From positions 102,488,001-102,552,000 of the forward strand of contig NW_024704743.1 of the NCBI RefSeq assembly GCF_018977255.1: a DNA stretch of 64,000 bases. The letters are read 5' to 3'. A program made the position numbers and the translations under genes. The notes beneath the pieces are model-generated. The model searched no databases. It worked only from the letters and a program-made list of their open reading frames with translations, and had not been told where the DNA came from. The stretch comes from Callorhinchus milii (Eukaryota). Position 1 is the first letter of the stretch. Every line of letters begins with the position of its first letter. Below, piece after piece: positions 25,241 through 38,342 of the stretch.

Positions 25241-25664
25241 CAGTCTTCTGCTATTAATCTGAAAAAGGAGATCAAAGGGACTGCAAATCAAACTTATGAT
25301 AAACTTCTTATATTTATATATATCTATGATATATAAAAAAGTGAACTGAAAGAAAAATTAAGCCATAGATGGTTGAAGAATAATAGGGATACTAACAAGG
25401 TTAATAGTGTTGAATGTTAACAATGACAAAATCTACATTTATATCTCTAGGCTTAATGCTAAATCCAGGGAGGACTCAGGTATAGGAACGAGCATCTAGA
25501 TAGTTTTGAGATTATTTTTTAGCCATATGAAAGTAATAGCAATAATAATTCTAGCACTTGATATAGTGCCTTATCCCATTATCTAAATGTCACAAAACAC
25601 TTCACAGGACATATTGTAAAAGTGTAGAAACAGTGTACAGTAAACTGATAACTCAACCCTGGCT

Positions 25665-26240
25665 TAACAACAATGACAACTTGCTTTTGTATACAATACA
25701 AAAATACATTTGTAAAGCATCTTTCATGGACGTGCCAAGGTGCTGAACATTCATGGTTTAGGGATTAGGACCCGAGCGAGGGGAGGTGGGGTTGGAATCA
25801 GGAAGAGTAGAGGGTAAAGAGGGTATGAGGGTGCCTAAAGGCACAGTCCAATCAACGAGGAGTCTTGAGGCATGCGATGAAGGAGGCAAGGCAGGGAATG
25901 GGGCGGAGGGAATGTGGAATGGAGTTCCAGAGGCTGGGGGCAGAGACGATGAAGGCCCTACCACCGATGGCAGGGACATGGAGCAGACGCCTGCTGAACG
26001 GAGGGAGCAGACAGGTTGATAAGTTGATAAGGTCATTAAGGTATTAGGGGACAAGGCTGTGGAGGGCCATGAAGGTGAGGATGAGGATTTTGAATTTCAT
26101 CCTCGGAGGGATGGGGAGCAGTGAAGCCGGGCAAGGATGGGTGTTTGCGGTCACGGAGCCTGATCCAGCAGAGGACACGAGCTGCAGAGTTCTGGATCAT
26201 CTGCAGTTTGTGGAGCGACGAGTTGGTAAGGCCGACAAGC
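25665..26240 (-). mobile_element. L2 LINE 3' fragment
   Basis: ORF 26036-26242 LVGLTNSSLHKLQMIQNSAARVL; L2 tail. Confidence 0.85.
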
Positions 26241-26326
26241 ATAGAAGAGCCGCAAACACATGGTAGTGTCCCAGAACTCTTAACTTGTCACTATCACTTA
26301 AGACATCATGCTGTCAATATCCCGGC

Positions 26327-26369
26327 TGCATGCATGCGTGCGTGCGTGCGTGCGTACGTACGTATATGC
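26327..26369. repeat. Alternating purine-pyrimidine compound microsatellite
   Basis: tgcatgcatgcgtgcgtgcgtgcgtgcgtacgtacgtatatgc. Confidence 0.9.
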
Positions 26370-26439
26370 CCAACTAGCCACTCTGGATAACTCATCACTG
26401 AGCCCTTTACCTTAGAAAGATGAGTTATCAGGTGTTTCC

Positions 26440-26735
26440 TATATATTGTAGGCAAATTTCTCAGACAATCAGTATAAAGCAAATGTCCCACAAACAATTT
26501 TATCTGGGGGGTTGTTTGCCGGGACCCCGGAAGAAACTTTTATTTTGAAAATAATGCCATGGGATCTTTCAAGTCCACGGAAGAGGCAGACCTTAAACAT
26601 TTCATCCAAAGAACATTACCTCTGAAAATGCAGCACTCCCCGGCATTATATTGGACTGGACTATGAGCTGACATGGAAATTTAACGCATAACGTTCTGAC
26701 TCAGAGGTGCGAGTGCTATCAATTGAGTGAAACAC
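26440..26735 (-). mobile_element. DeuSINE
   Basis: aatgccatgggatctttcaagtccac...ttctgactcagaggtgcgagtgctatcaattgag. Confidence 0.75.
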
Positions 26736-28183
26736 CAAATAATACAGAGAAGGCTCCTCCAGGGAAGAACACGTCTTCTTAGCTCTTGGCTACCAAGGAG
26801 CTGATACTCCAGGCTAATCTTGATGAGCCACACAAGTAATCTTGTAGCATTCTTTATTTAACATCAGCTGAATGTAACCATCAGGTGGCAGTACATCCCT
26901 CCAAGTTAAGTAATTTCTTCCTTTCCACTACTGAGTTGGAGATGAGCTATTTTGGGGGGATATTTCATTCCCTGCATTGATCTACTGAGGAGAGACAAAA
27001 TCCATGCACTCCTCAGTCAAGAAAACATCACATGTTTTATCAATTAGCCTGCAGACCTCAGATTTTGCCTGCTCAATCACTATTTAATATTTTTTGGGCC
27101 AAAGGAAGTGGGTTACTTCTGCAATCCCATTCAGCCAAATTCATCACTTGCAGTCCTTAGACTTGGGTCTGCTCATCCCTTGTTTCCTCTGTCACACAAT
27201 TAGTGCTCAGCATTTACTCAGAGAGTAATCAACGACTTGAACAGGTTGCCAGGAAAGATGGTAGAGCTCAGGACTCTGGTCTAAATTAAAAAGCTTGATG
27301 GGGGGAAAGAAAGGCTAGTGTTCTCGAAGGATAAGATGGCAAACCACCTTTGCCTTCCATTTTCTCTCCCTGCCTTAAATACCATCCTATAAAACTATCT
27401 CTCTGCCTGTACTTCTGACAATGCTCCCCCCACCTCACACTTCCACCGTTCCCACATTACTCAGTGATCAACATTGACTTTGAGATATTTCAGGTTCTTT
27501 AAGATGTTTGAGATGCAAAAATTAGTTATTGTTGTTGGCAATATCTGCATAACCTCTGTAATTCTGCCTCCCTCTTCCAATGAAACAAATTATGAATCCC
27601 TTTGGCTTTGTTACTATAACAACCATGTTGCATTACCTTTCCAGCATCGCTCGAGCAAGATAGTAGCGATCTTACACTTGTAAACCATAGACATCAATTA
27701 AACCAATAATTGTGCTGAAGGAATCCAAATAGTTGTAACCATGCTACAAATTCTGAATTATGTAAATGCATCTGGAAGTATAAAGCACTCAGATCAGATG
27801 AGAGGTTAATTTTGATAGTGAAAAAGCAGGTGGAATTTGTGTTATGAAAATGTAACATTGAAATGGGCACCATGAATCAAATATCCCTTTTAGCAAACGT
27901 TGCCACAACTCTCTTTGACAGGCTTATTCACCGTCTGCAGTGCATTAATTCTCATTCCTCTATATACATTGTGAAATGTTACTGTCCTTAATTACTCTAC
28001 ATTGCATTAATAAATAATCCCTGTATTTAATAATGCTCTGATAATGGCAAGGTATCTCAAAGTGCTTCACATGTACACTGCAGCCACTTTATAATACACT
28101 TCACTGTAGCACAAGCTTGCTTATAACATGGTTGCTCTGGGGCCTCGATTCAATTTTGCCTGCGTGCAGCCAATAGGCTTTTC

Positions 28184-28302
28184 ATGCTAAATGGATGGCG
28201 TAGTAGGTCGATTCAGACATCACTTCCTGCCATGCTGCATACGTAAGCAGGAAATGCTGTTGAAAATGACCTAATGACCCCAAAGTCAGCCATTTTTAGC
28301 AT
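28184..28302. repeat. Imperfect palindrome, probable MITE remnant
   Basis: taggtcgattcagacatcacttcctgc pairs with gcaggaaatgctgttgaaaatgaccta; outer atgctaaatgg pairs with ccatttttagcat. Confidence 0.65.
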
Positions 28303-28509
28303 CCCCACTTAAAAAAAATCTAATTTCTAGTTAATTGGGTCACCATCAGCTTTACATTATCAAAAAGCATGACACCTTTGGGAATACAAACACCTTTAAG
28401 TTCTCAAGTCGCAATGTGCAGCTTGAACCACAAGGTTCTGCCCCACAGGTAAGTGTACAACTGAATAAGCAAACAGACAACATTAAAACTATGTGTGTCG
28501 TTGCATCAC

Positions 28510-28820
28510 TAATTAGAGGGCATCTATTTAAGATAGTTGGTAAACGAGCAAATGGGGAGGTTAGGAGAAATTATTTCACACAAAGAGTAATTAGGATATG
28601 GAATGCCCTGCTGGAAGCGGTTGTTGAGGCAAAATCGATATTGGCCTTCAAGAGGGAACTAGACAAATACTTTTAAAAGTATCAGCTGCAGGGATGTGGG
28701 GAAAGGAGAATGAGTGGGACTGAAAGGATTGCACTTGAAGGAGATGGCACAGACACAATAGGCTGAATGGCCTTCTTCTGTGCTGCAAATTTCCATGGTT
28801 TCTATGGTTACTATGGTTTG
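28510..28820 (+). mobile_element. CR1 3' end
   Basis: RGHLFKIVGKRANGEVRRNYFTQRVIRIWNALLEAVVEAKSILAFKRELDKYF and ggctgaatggccttcttctgtgctg with octamer-repeat tail. Confidence 0.9.
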
Positions 28821-29019
28821 ACCTATATACATGAGTCTGTCTTGTGTTAGTCTGCAATAGAAGTAAACGGTGAATGTTAACTCATTGGTACAAGCTTTAC
28901 CTTTCAGTGAATCTCAAATACAATTTCCAGTTGAAAATATGTGAAGGAATCTTCATTCTGTAGTTTCTTTGAAAGTTCTGAAAACTATTATATTATCATA
29001 TAGTAGCATGATAACAGGG

Positions 29020-29338
29020 TAATAATAATAATCCTTGCATTTGATATAGCGCCTTATCACATCTTCGAGACGTCTCAAAGAGCTTCACAGAATACACTGA
29101 AAGTGAATTGACTGCATATTTTGTGGGCGAAACACAGCAGTGTCCCACAAACAGTCGTGGATTGAGTGACCAATTTTTATTTTTGTTTTTGAAGGGATTA
29201 CTACACTCGGAAAAACTATCCATCAATTGACTAACAAACCAGATTCTTACTTACTGCTAGGTAAACAGAGGCATGTGGAGGAAGGAAACTTGCCTAACAT
29301 TTCGCCCTGCCAGGAATCGAACCCAGGTCCTCTCATTT
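29020..29338 (-). mobile_element. tRNA-Ala-headed SINE, long variant
   Basis: Same extra block as the 7021 copy; B box ggttcgattcc on minus. Confidence 0.85.
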
Positions 29339-30939
29339 GACTAATTAACTAATGCGTTACAGGGTACATCAAGAACGCTACAATAAGTGAATGCCAATTT
29401 TAGCAACAAAGGCAACTACAACTTTTCTTTAACACGTCTCGTCCATGATTTCAACTTATTTTCATTTGGACCGATTATTATACTATAGAAAATACATGAT
29501 TTATTGAAGGTGCATTTGATATCCTTTCATATTCCAGTAGCCATCTGGTTCAAGATTGGTTGATTCTAATAAGACCCCAGTGTACTAGTCAGTGATTCTT
29601 GTAGTAATGCTTGGATTTGTAAATAGAGCAACTGAGGTTTGGACTTTACAAAAAACAGAACAGAGATGAGCAATTTTACAGATTTTGAAATTCAAGAAAA
29701 AATCCCTGGTGGAATATTCTTTTCAGTGTCTGATTTTGTGCAGTGCCTTCTTCTCCACCAATCTTTGCCCAAATAAGAGTTCCTCACCCCCGCTGAACGC
29801 ATAAGCTTCTATAAGACCTTGATAAGCTTCCAGTCACTGGGGACATTGTTTTCTGCAGATTCTTAGTTTACAAACATGTCAAAGATGCACAGAAGGCAAT
29901 TTGTCTGCAGATTAAAGAGGCGTGCTATCACCGACACAGACTGTAAGCTTCATCTTGAGATAGATGTGACACAAGAAGATGCTGACCTTTATGTACTCCA
30001 GTCACTCAAACTTATCTTGACTACAACAAGTATCTCTGAGTTGCCATGATATAGAATGTAAGTATTTACTAGGTACTTCTTGTTGTAACACACTACTTGG
30101 TCAAATGCCAGATCAAGAACAGACCCACAAAGGATAAATGCAATCATGAATTGCATCAACCCTAGCCTTTCACTGGTGGCAGGCAATACAAAGAAGATGA
30201 ATTGTGGCCTTGGAAGGTCCTCGATATGACAAGCATGACTTCCATTGAATATACGGCAGGGATACAGAAGATGTGATTAAAGTTATTAACCCGCATAAAT
30301 TGTGTCAAGCAGAAAGAGAACACTGAAAAAAGTAACTCCTGTGAAAAAAGCAAGAACATGATAGAATAGCTTATGAAGCCTTAAAGTCAATCTACACTGG
30401 TTAAAAAAATACTAGGCAGTAGAGATTCAGAAGTGCATTCTGTCCACTATCGGCATCAACATTCAGAGAATCATCCCCTCGATACCTCATTAATCTTGTC
30501 TGATCTGGCAAAGCTCCAAGAAGGTAACTAAGAGCAAAAGTGTTGTTGAAAATTCAGCACTGTTACTGTGCTAAGCAGGGGAGCTTTTTTCCAAATGTTA
30601 TCTGTAGAGTTGTACTTAATATTCCAGAAATTGAATAAAAGTAAAATGACACCATCTTTTACAAAAACCTAATGCAGTAATAAGTCTATAATGTGTGGTA
30701 AAAGATCTGCAAAGATATAATAAACTGATGGAACAGGCTGAATGGGCTGAATGGCCTCCTCTTCCTGTATTACCGTGTCACCAAATTGCATAGAAGTCCC
30801 CTTAATGATATAACCAGCTAATCAAAATGATTACAGTATCAGCCATTAATTTCATTGATGTAACATAGGTAGCTGATGGGTTATTAGCCCAAATTGCATT
30901 TTAGAGTCCTTTATTTGGCCTTCTCATGAAGTAAGAAAT

Positions 30940-31360
30940 AATCACCCTTGCATTATGATATAGAGTCTTTTACATTGGGAAAATATTTCAAGTGCTTCAG
31001 TCGATTTATCGTAATGTGCAGTGAATGTATTTTATCTGCATTTTTTTTCATATTATAAGTAATGTTGTACACAAGCTGTACTAGCTTGTGAACAACATGG
31101 AATCAACCATGAAGTGAATGATCAAGTTTATTTGGGAAATGTTTGGCTGGAACACAGGCTGAAATTGCCTTCTCTTTTCATGTAGCACAATGGGATCTTT
31201 AACTTCTACCTGAACAGACAGATGGGACCTCGGTTTAATGTCTCATCCATAGAATGGCCCTTCATCAATGCAACACCTCCCAGTAATGTATTTGGGAGTC
31301 AACCTTGATGACATTAGTTTAAAGTCCAAGCATGGGACTTGAACTTACAACCTTCTGAGA
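30940..31360 (-). mobile_element. DeuSINE
   Basis: atgggatctttaacttctacctgaacagacagatgggacctcggtttaatgtctcatcc. Confidence 0.75.
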
Positions 31361-31437
31361 TAGATTTTACATGTTCAATCATTTTTCTAATTTACTTCCC
31401 AATGCATACATCTCTCTGATCCTGATCTGGCTTTCTC

Positions 31438-31735
31438 TTGCTGGAGTGTAGTTCCATGGACATGAGTTTCCCATTGTTCATGTGTGAGCCTTGACTGTGA
31501 TTGTCATTCAACTGTAAAGAGCATCACAGCTGAGCCTGACATCTATCCAAATAAATTCACCAACAAACAGTAGAGGGTATTGAAGAGCAACCCAGTACAA
31601 GAACCTTAGCTTTTCGCCTTCCTTGTTCTGCAAAGGCTGGGGCCAATTTAACCATCCCAACTGAGATCAAGAAACTCAATGATGGGATTTAAACCAGCGA
31701 GTTCCTGGTCAATATATTGCAACTGAGCAGTTGGA
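31438..31735 (-). mobile_element. Ancient SINE-like repeat (same family as 5530)
   Basis: ttcatgtgtgagcc, gcatcacagctgagcctga, ggccaatt, ctgagatca motifs in the reverse order of the 5530 copy. Confidence 0.55.
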
Positions 31736-31749
31736 GACACAAAAGATTG

Positions 31750-31955
31750 GGGTAAGAGAAAGTCACAGAGAGAGTGAGGAACTAGGGCAACAAAGTATAT
31801 TTAGGTGAGGTTGAAGACCATGAAATTGATCCGATGGAAGCCAAGAAGCCAGTGGAGCCTGGCGAGAACTGGGGTGATAAGAGTTTGATGTAAGTAATAA
31901 TGCAGGTGGCAGAGATTTGTTTGAGCTATTGCTTATGGATGGTGGAACATGGACA
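31750..31955 (-). mobile_element. Decayed L2 fragment
   Basis: gaagccagtggagcctggcgagaactggggtgat (ITPVLARLHWL). Confidence 0.65.
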
Positions 31956-33009
31956 TGCTTGAAAGCAGCTTAAGGATTCTCAGTCACCACTACTAATTGC
32001 TACCCAGAATATCAAACCAGGATTTGAATCATATCAGAAAGGATTAACCTCATCTGTAAATCTCTTCACACCCCACCAACCTCTCTATCACTTGATCCCT
32101 ATCTTCCTATCAACCACCCATCATTGGCCAAGCTTTCAGATCCTACATTCATAGAATTCTAGAACTCCATTCCTCTACCGCTCAATTTCACCCATCTGTA
32201 TTTGTGTGTTAGAGTACAACTGGAGTTTAATCAACTAAAACTTTCTAAATTGCCACTGAGAGCCATGTCCAACTAAGACCATCCTAACCATTGGGCTCCG
32301 GCCTGCAGGTTTAACAAGAGCTGCGTGGGAAGAATATATGCCCCACTGATAAGAAAAAGTTACTATAAGAAATCTTTTGCTAAGCAAAAATAATACAATT
32401 ATAGGAATCTGTGATCTGTGAATCAGTTTGTTCATTACATTCTGACTCCCTCAGCACCACAAGCCTAGCCATACTTTTTATTTGATGGCATTTACCTTTT
32501 TTTTAATATGCCCTATGGCATGAAAACACTTCTAAAAGATAAATAGCTTCAGCAAGATATTGAGAAGCCACTCTTTTAAAAAATGTTTCAAAAACTAAAA
32601 CACGTTTTTGCTGAAGCCAATCTTGTACCAGGAACTTTGGTCATATAAATATCTGAACAATTTACACCTTCCAAACTGTAGTAAAGTCAGGTTATGTGGC
32701 AGGAATGGAAAGAAGTCATGCAGTCCACTGAGGTTACTATTAAAATAAATTGTTAGTTCCTTTCAGAAATGGCATGATGTTTGCCACAGGACACTATTAG
32801 AAAAGAAAAGAAATGAAATTTTCTCTGTTTTCTGGCTAGCTGCCCTTGAAATTAATTGATTATGGTTAATAAAAAAAACAGGAAGGTGTAGCACGGAACA
32901 ATGCAAACTCTAACATTTAATTACAAAATACATAGTGTAGTTTCATGATAGATACATTACTTGGCTTTACCAATCATTGATGTTCTGCTCAAATGTTATT
33001 GGGCTGTTA

Positions 33010-33135
33010 ATAGAATCATAGTATTATACAGCACAGAAGGAGGTCATTCAAACCATTGTGTCTGTGCCAGCTCTTTTAAAAGAACTATCCAAATCAATCC
33101 CACCCCCCTGCACTCTCCACAGAGCCCTCAAATGC
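33010..33135 (-). mobile_element. CR1 3' tail
   Basis: tagaatcatag...cagcacagaaggaggtcattc, similar to 33540-33660. Confidence 0.75.
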
Positions 33136-33534
33136 ATTGATCCACATTGCAATTGTCAATAAAACACTCAACTTTACAGTATATGCTGTGAAGTGCTTTG
33201 AGATGTCCTACCAAATGTAAGGATTATTACAGTATTATTATGTACAAGAGAGGTTGATTACTGGTACATTTGTGATGTACATATAAAATGTGGTGAAAGA
33301 ATGTACAGTATTTCTAAACGTCAAGAATCTTATCACTAGTTTCCTGTAAAATTTAAGTCAATCCACCTCTACTACAAGAAAACAACAGTTATTTGGATGA
33401 TGAAGGTCCTTCAGCCCATTTCATTTTGTCCTCCAGAATACCCACCCTACTGTCCTCTCATTGCAGCATCAAGATTTTTTTTTAAAATGTGTCCGTTGTC
33501 CTTGCTTCAACGACCATTCCTGGCACCAAATATA

Positions 33535-34438
33535 ATAACCATAGAATCATAGAATTATACAGCACAGAAGGAGGCCATTTGGCCCATCATGCCTGTGCCG
33601 TCTCTTTTGAAAGAGCTGTCCAAATCAATCCCACATCCCCGCTCTAACCCCATAACCCTGCAAACTTGGTCTCCCCAAATATTTATCGACTTCTCTCTTA
33701 AAAGTTGTTATTGACTCGGCTTCCAACATCCTTTCTGGCAATGCATTCCAGATCCGAACAAATCACTGTGTGAAAAAATGTTTCCTCACCTACCCTCTGT
33801 TTCTTTCAACAACTATTTTAAACAACTGTTACCTATCCACCTGCCAGTGGAAATAGTTTTTCCTTGTTCACCCTATTGAATCCCCTCATAATTTTTAAAA
33901 CTTCTATTAAGTCTCCTCTTAACCTTTTCTGCTCCATCCTAGCTTCTCTAGCTTCTCCTGATAACTGAAGTCCCTCATTCCTGGTATCATCGCGGTAAAT
34001 CTCATTTTCATCCTCTCCAATGCCTTGACATCCTTCCTAAAGTGTGGTCCCCAGAACTGAATACAATATTCTAGCTGAGGTCTAACCAGTGTTTTATAAA
34101 GATTTGTCATAACTTCCTGACTTTTGTGTTCTTTGCCCCTACTTATGAAGCCTAGTATCTCGTATGCTTTTTTTTAACAGCTTTATCTACCTATCCTGCC
34201 ACTTTCAAAGATTTACTTATATGAACCCCCCAGGTCTCTCTGTTCCTTTATCACCTTTAAGATTGTGCCATCAGCTTATATTGCCTCTCCTCATTTTTAC
34301 TCCGAAAATGTATCACTTCGGATTTCTCCACATTAAACTTCATCTGCCATGTCTCTGCCCATTTTACCAGTCTGTCTATGTCTTCTTGCAGTCTGCTACT
34401 ATCCTCCTCACTGTTTGCTACTTTTCCTGGCTTAGTAT
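33535..34438 (-). mobile_element. CR1 LINE 3' ~0.9 kb
   Basis: LQEDIDRLVKWAETWQMKFNVEKSEVIHF and LYKTLVRPQLEYCIQFWGPHFRKDVKALER; catagaat tail repeats. Confidence 0.92.
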
Positions 34439-34716
34439 CAGGAAAAGTAATAATAATAAACTTATTGTAGCTGTCACATTTTACACAGCTAACAGACAAA
34501 TTCTAATTGAGGACCCTTTATCGAATTTCACACCGATAAAATGATTAATTACACTAATTCTTACAAAACTTTTTTCCCACAATCAGCTAACATCTTTCTG
34601 AAATTATATTGCATGGCAGAAAACAGAACAGCATTGCTGGCTAACTAAGGTAAAAGCAAACATCTGCCCAATAACTTAAAGTGCACACCATTTAACTGAA
34701 ACCTTCAAAGTCTGGT

Positions 34717-34880
34717 GGGATAAAATACCACCTGTGTCTAGATTTACTCTATTAATATAATATTTTTAGAGTGTGCAAATTCTTGAAGTCAGTTTTAACC
34801 TAGAAACCCAATTTGTATACTTTCTTAAAACAACTTCAACATTAAACTCTTGAATATAAGATTTTGAAGATTTCTACCCC
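34717..34880. mobile_element. MITE family copy (partial)
   Basis: gggataaaataccacctgtgtctagatttactctattaatat matches the TIR of 45941-46175. Confidence 0.65.
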
Positions 34881-36552
34881 TGTATATTTTAGACAAAGCT
34901 ATATTGAAGCATACATCAAAAGGCCATAGAAACATACAAAACTGGAAAAGACAATTGCAGTGCATTTGGCCAGTCCCAAAATAAACAAAAATAAAAGAAA
35001 CATCATAAAAATAAATACTTTACTCTATCTCTCATAAAACTCAATAATTATCTTCGACAAAAATAAATAATGTCTTTGTGAATAGACTGGCAAAATCTGC
35101 TGGTAGCACCTCCAGAGTGTCTGTTCTACAGATTCACCACTCTGCATGAAGTAATTAAATCAGAACTGTATGCTTGCCTTCCATTAAAAATTAAAATTCC
35201 AAATTAAATTCCAAATTAAAATGACCCAGACCTACACTAGTCACTTATAGCATTCAAGCAAATCTAAATGCTTTGAATTAAAGTTTCAGTTTGCAGTTTG
35301 TATACTTTCTTAAAATAACTTCAACATTAAACTCTAGAATATAAGTTCTGACAAAAGAGACAAACCCAGTTACACCAACTCGCCAGCCCCAACTATGCAT
35401 TTAAGATATATTCATCTCAGCAACAGACCTTAGTAGACAGAACGGAAGTTTTCAATATGTATAATCTTATCTTGTTGAGACTATACAAACTAGTTGTTAA
35501 AAGTATGATTTAGTAATTTAGTAAGATTGTCTTGCAATTTGCTGTTCTTTTGTCCAGACGCAGTATGTGCTTTGTATCCAGAAATTGAAATGTGTACTAC
35601 TATGAAATGCCATAACAGCTCTGTACAGAGCAGCTGGATTGGTTCCAGATTGAGAACAATGGAATTAGGCTTCTAGGGGAGTTTTTAAAACAGAATTTGA
35701 AAACACAAATTCAAGGATTTTTTCTTCTGAATGAATATGCTCCACATTAGTTTTCTCTAATTATTGTAGCAGAGGGACACGGCTTTCTATTGTCACAGAT
35801 AAGCAGCCATGCACCTGTGAGTTTCAGATAGTGTGTAAAAGGAGATTTCAAGACATAGTTGATAAATAGAGACATGTAATACATTTCTCCATTACGGGAT
35901 ACGTGAAAGTACGCGGACACATAAATATGTCACAATAAATGCTATTGATTGTATGACAATTGTGCTAATACAGTGAGTGCACCTATAAGAACACAATACT
36001 CAATACTAATACTAACCTTCATTGTAGAAGAAAATATAGGAGGATTGTATGGAAATGTTTTGAATAAACCAAAAATTCCCCTTACAAGCAATTGTGTATC
36101 TTCAAGGTTCAAATAATGCTGTAAAGGAACAAACAGATAGAGAAAATTAACTGTAGGCTGAAATGATAAATCTATGACGAGCTAACACAGGGTTGTGTTT
36201 TATCCAGAAACCCTGAGTCAAAGCAAATAACATGGAAGTCAAAGGTCCAATACAAATCAATAAAAAAGTCAATAGGATTGAGAGTGAGATTGAGGATCAT
36301 TACCTGGATTTGCTAACAATTTCTTTTGGAAAACTTGCATTAATCTTGTACCTTCTACATTGGACAAACTTCTTCAGGAGATTCATAAAGACAATGAGAT
36401 TGCTTAGCAAGGGGAAAAAAATAGTGCCACTACAGATGAATGTGCAAAGGTCGGGAGAGAAGCCATTGGAACCAAGGGAGTGTAATATCACTGCTGTGCA
36501 TAGCAAAGCAGAGACAGTGAAGGAGAATGGAATGGAATGGACCTAATAAATG

Positions 36553-36712
36553 ATAGTAAGGGATCTAAACCTAACCCACCCCTAACCCATAAACCTAAAC
36601 CTGACCTTAACCCTAAACCTAACCCACTCCTAAACCTAACCCCTAAACCCAACCCAATCCCTAACCCTACTCCTAAAAAATCATAGTAAGGAATCTAAAC
36701 CTAACCCAGCCC
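36553..36712 (+). repeat. Degenerate (CCCTAA)-like array bounded by 26-bp direct repeats
   Basis: cctaac/cctaaa units; atagtaagg(g/a)atctaaacctaaccca at 36553 and 36683. Confidence 0.8.
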
Positions 36713-36834
36713 ACAATTAAAGTAAGACAAAACATTCATGAGCCCGAGCCAAATTGGACAAAACTCCAGCACGGGGAGCACCTGGGAAACACAAGCATGT
36801 GTAAAACCTCCTCCAAAATTTAAAGTAAAAATTC

Positions 36835-36980
36835 TTGTGGATAAAGGGATTAAGGGATATGGGGATAAGGTGGGGAGGTGGAGTTAGAATAGGTCAGCCA
36901 TGATCTTATTGAATGGCAGGGCAGGCTAGAGGGGCCAAATGGCCTACTCCTGCTCCTAATTCTTATGTTCTTATGTTCTA
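36835..36980 (+). mobile_element. CR1 3' tail
   Basis: tcagccatgatcttattgaatggc...aatggcctactcctgctcctaattcttatgttcttatg. Confidence 0.85.
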
Positions 36981-38342
36981 ATGGTTGACAGTGCCAAAGG
37001 CAGGACAAAAATCCAGGATGGACAGGGAACCCGGTCTTAGAGTGTCTTTGATACTGAAAATGGCAATGTCAATGTTATTGGCAACTGAAAATGGTGTCTA
37101 TGGCAATTGAAAATGTAACGCGTTGACCATTCTGCTTACCTATCTTTAACCTTCCCAGGTGTGCTGCGAGCCATGACCAAGATTTGATCCATAATGTACA
37201 CAGCTTATGTTAACAAAGCAACGTTCCTATTAGAGGACGCAACAGAATAATTGTTTGCAAGTCTGCCTTTAGCTTGTGTAATACTATTCAACTATTTGTC
37301 AGTTCTTTATTTGCTATACACCACAACCTTGGAAGGAAAAAAAATCAATACCTCCATTGTCAAGCAAGATGTGACGAATGATACTTACAGATTTTATTTT
37401 TTGCAGTTTTCCTAATAGCAAGCAGTTTACTTTAATCTATTCAATTTACGTTGAATTATGGGTTGAACAATGCTACAGCCCAGTGCTTGTCAATGAATTC
37501 ATAAGAAACTTAATTTGAATGATTTGCTTACAGAAGAAGGCAGTCGAGCGATTCCCTTCAGAGACAATATTATGCCTGAGAATTGGGTGATGAAGCAGCA
37601 AAGAGTGCACTTTTAACCTCAGCACTGATGTGTGGGCTTGATCACAGCAGAGCCCAACATCTGCTACATATGCAATGAGGTTTGTTTGTTATATCGGGCA
37701 GCTGATGAAGTATTGACCAAAGGTGAAGGAATCGTGAGACCAACTTATCTGCATCTGCCTTTAGAGTAAATTGTATTTCTCACTGGTTTGACTCATGCAA
37801 TAAGCATTGTCATCAGAAAAATAAGCATTTGGCCATTGTTCAAACTGAACAGCTGTGAAAACACCACAAAGCAAATAAAATAGCAATAAAGTTATTTCTT
37901 GAAAATATTATTGTGCACATCCAATTTTGTTGCTTTACAGGAAGATTGACGAGGCTACTAGGACAGAGGTTGATGATGATAATAATCCTTACATTTGTTA
38001 TAATATCTCTTTTCATTTCAGGAGCAATCTCAAAACAGTTTACATGATTTACTGTAAACCGTAATGCCTGTATGTTTTATAGGTGATATAATCTTGCTAA
38101 AATGGCTGTCAACCATGTGGGAAGAGTAAAGAGGCAGTATCTTACAAATGGCAGATTTCTTTACAGTGTAAATACAGTAAAACTCACTTAAGTCTAATCT
38201 TTATGAATCGATTAATTGCCTAAGTCATACATGAACAGGAGGTCCCATGCAGTTCCCTTTCAAAACCGCTTAGATTTCTTTGCACTACTCATATTAATCA
38301 CTTCCTAACTTGTTACACTGCTCCTCTATCCTCCATTACTTC

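Noticed and set aside
36232..36546. 104-aa ATG ORF
   Set aside because: No recognisable domain or splice context; length compatible with chance.
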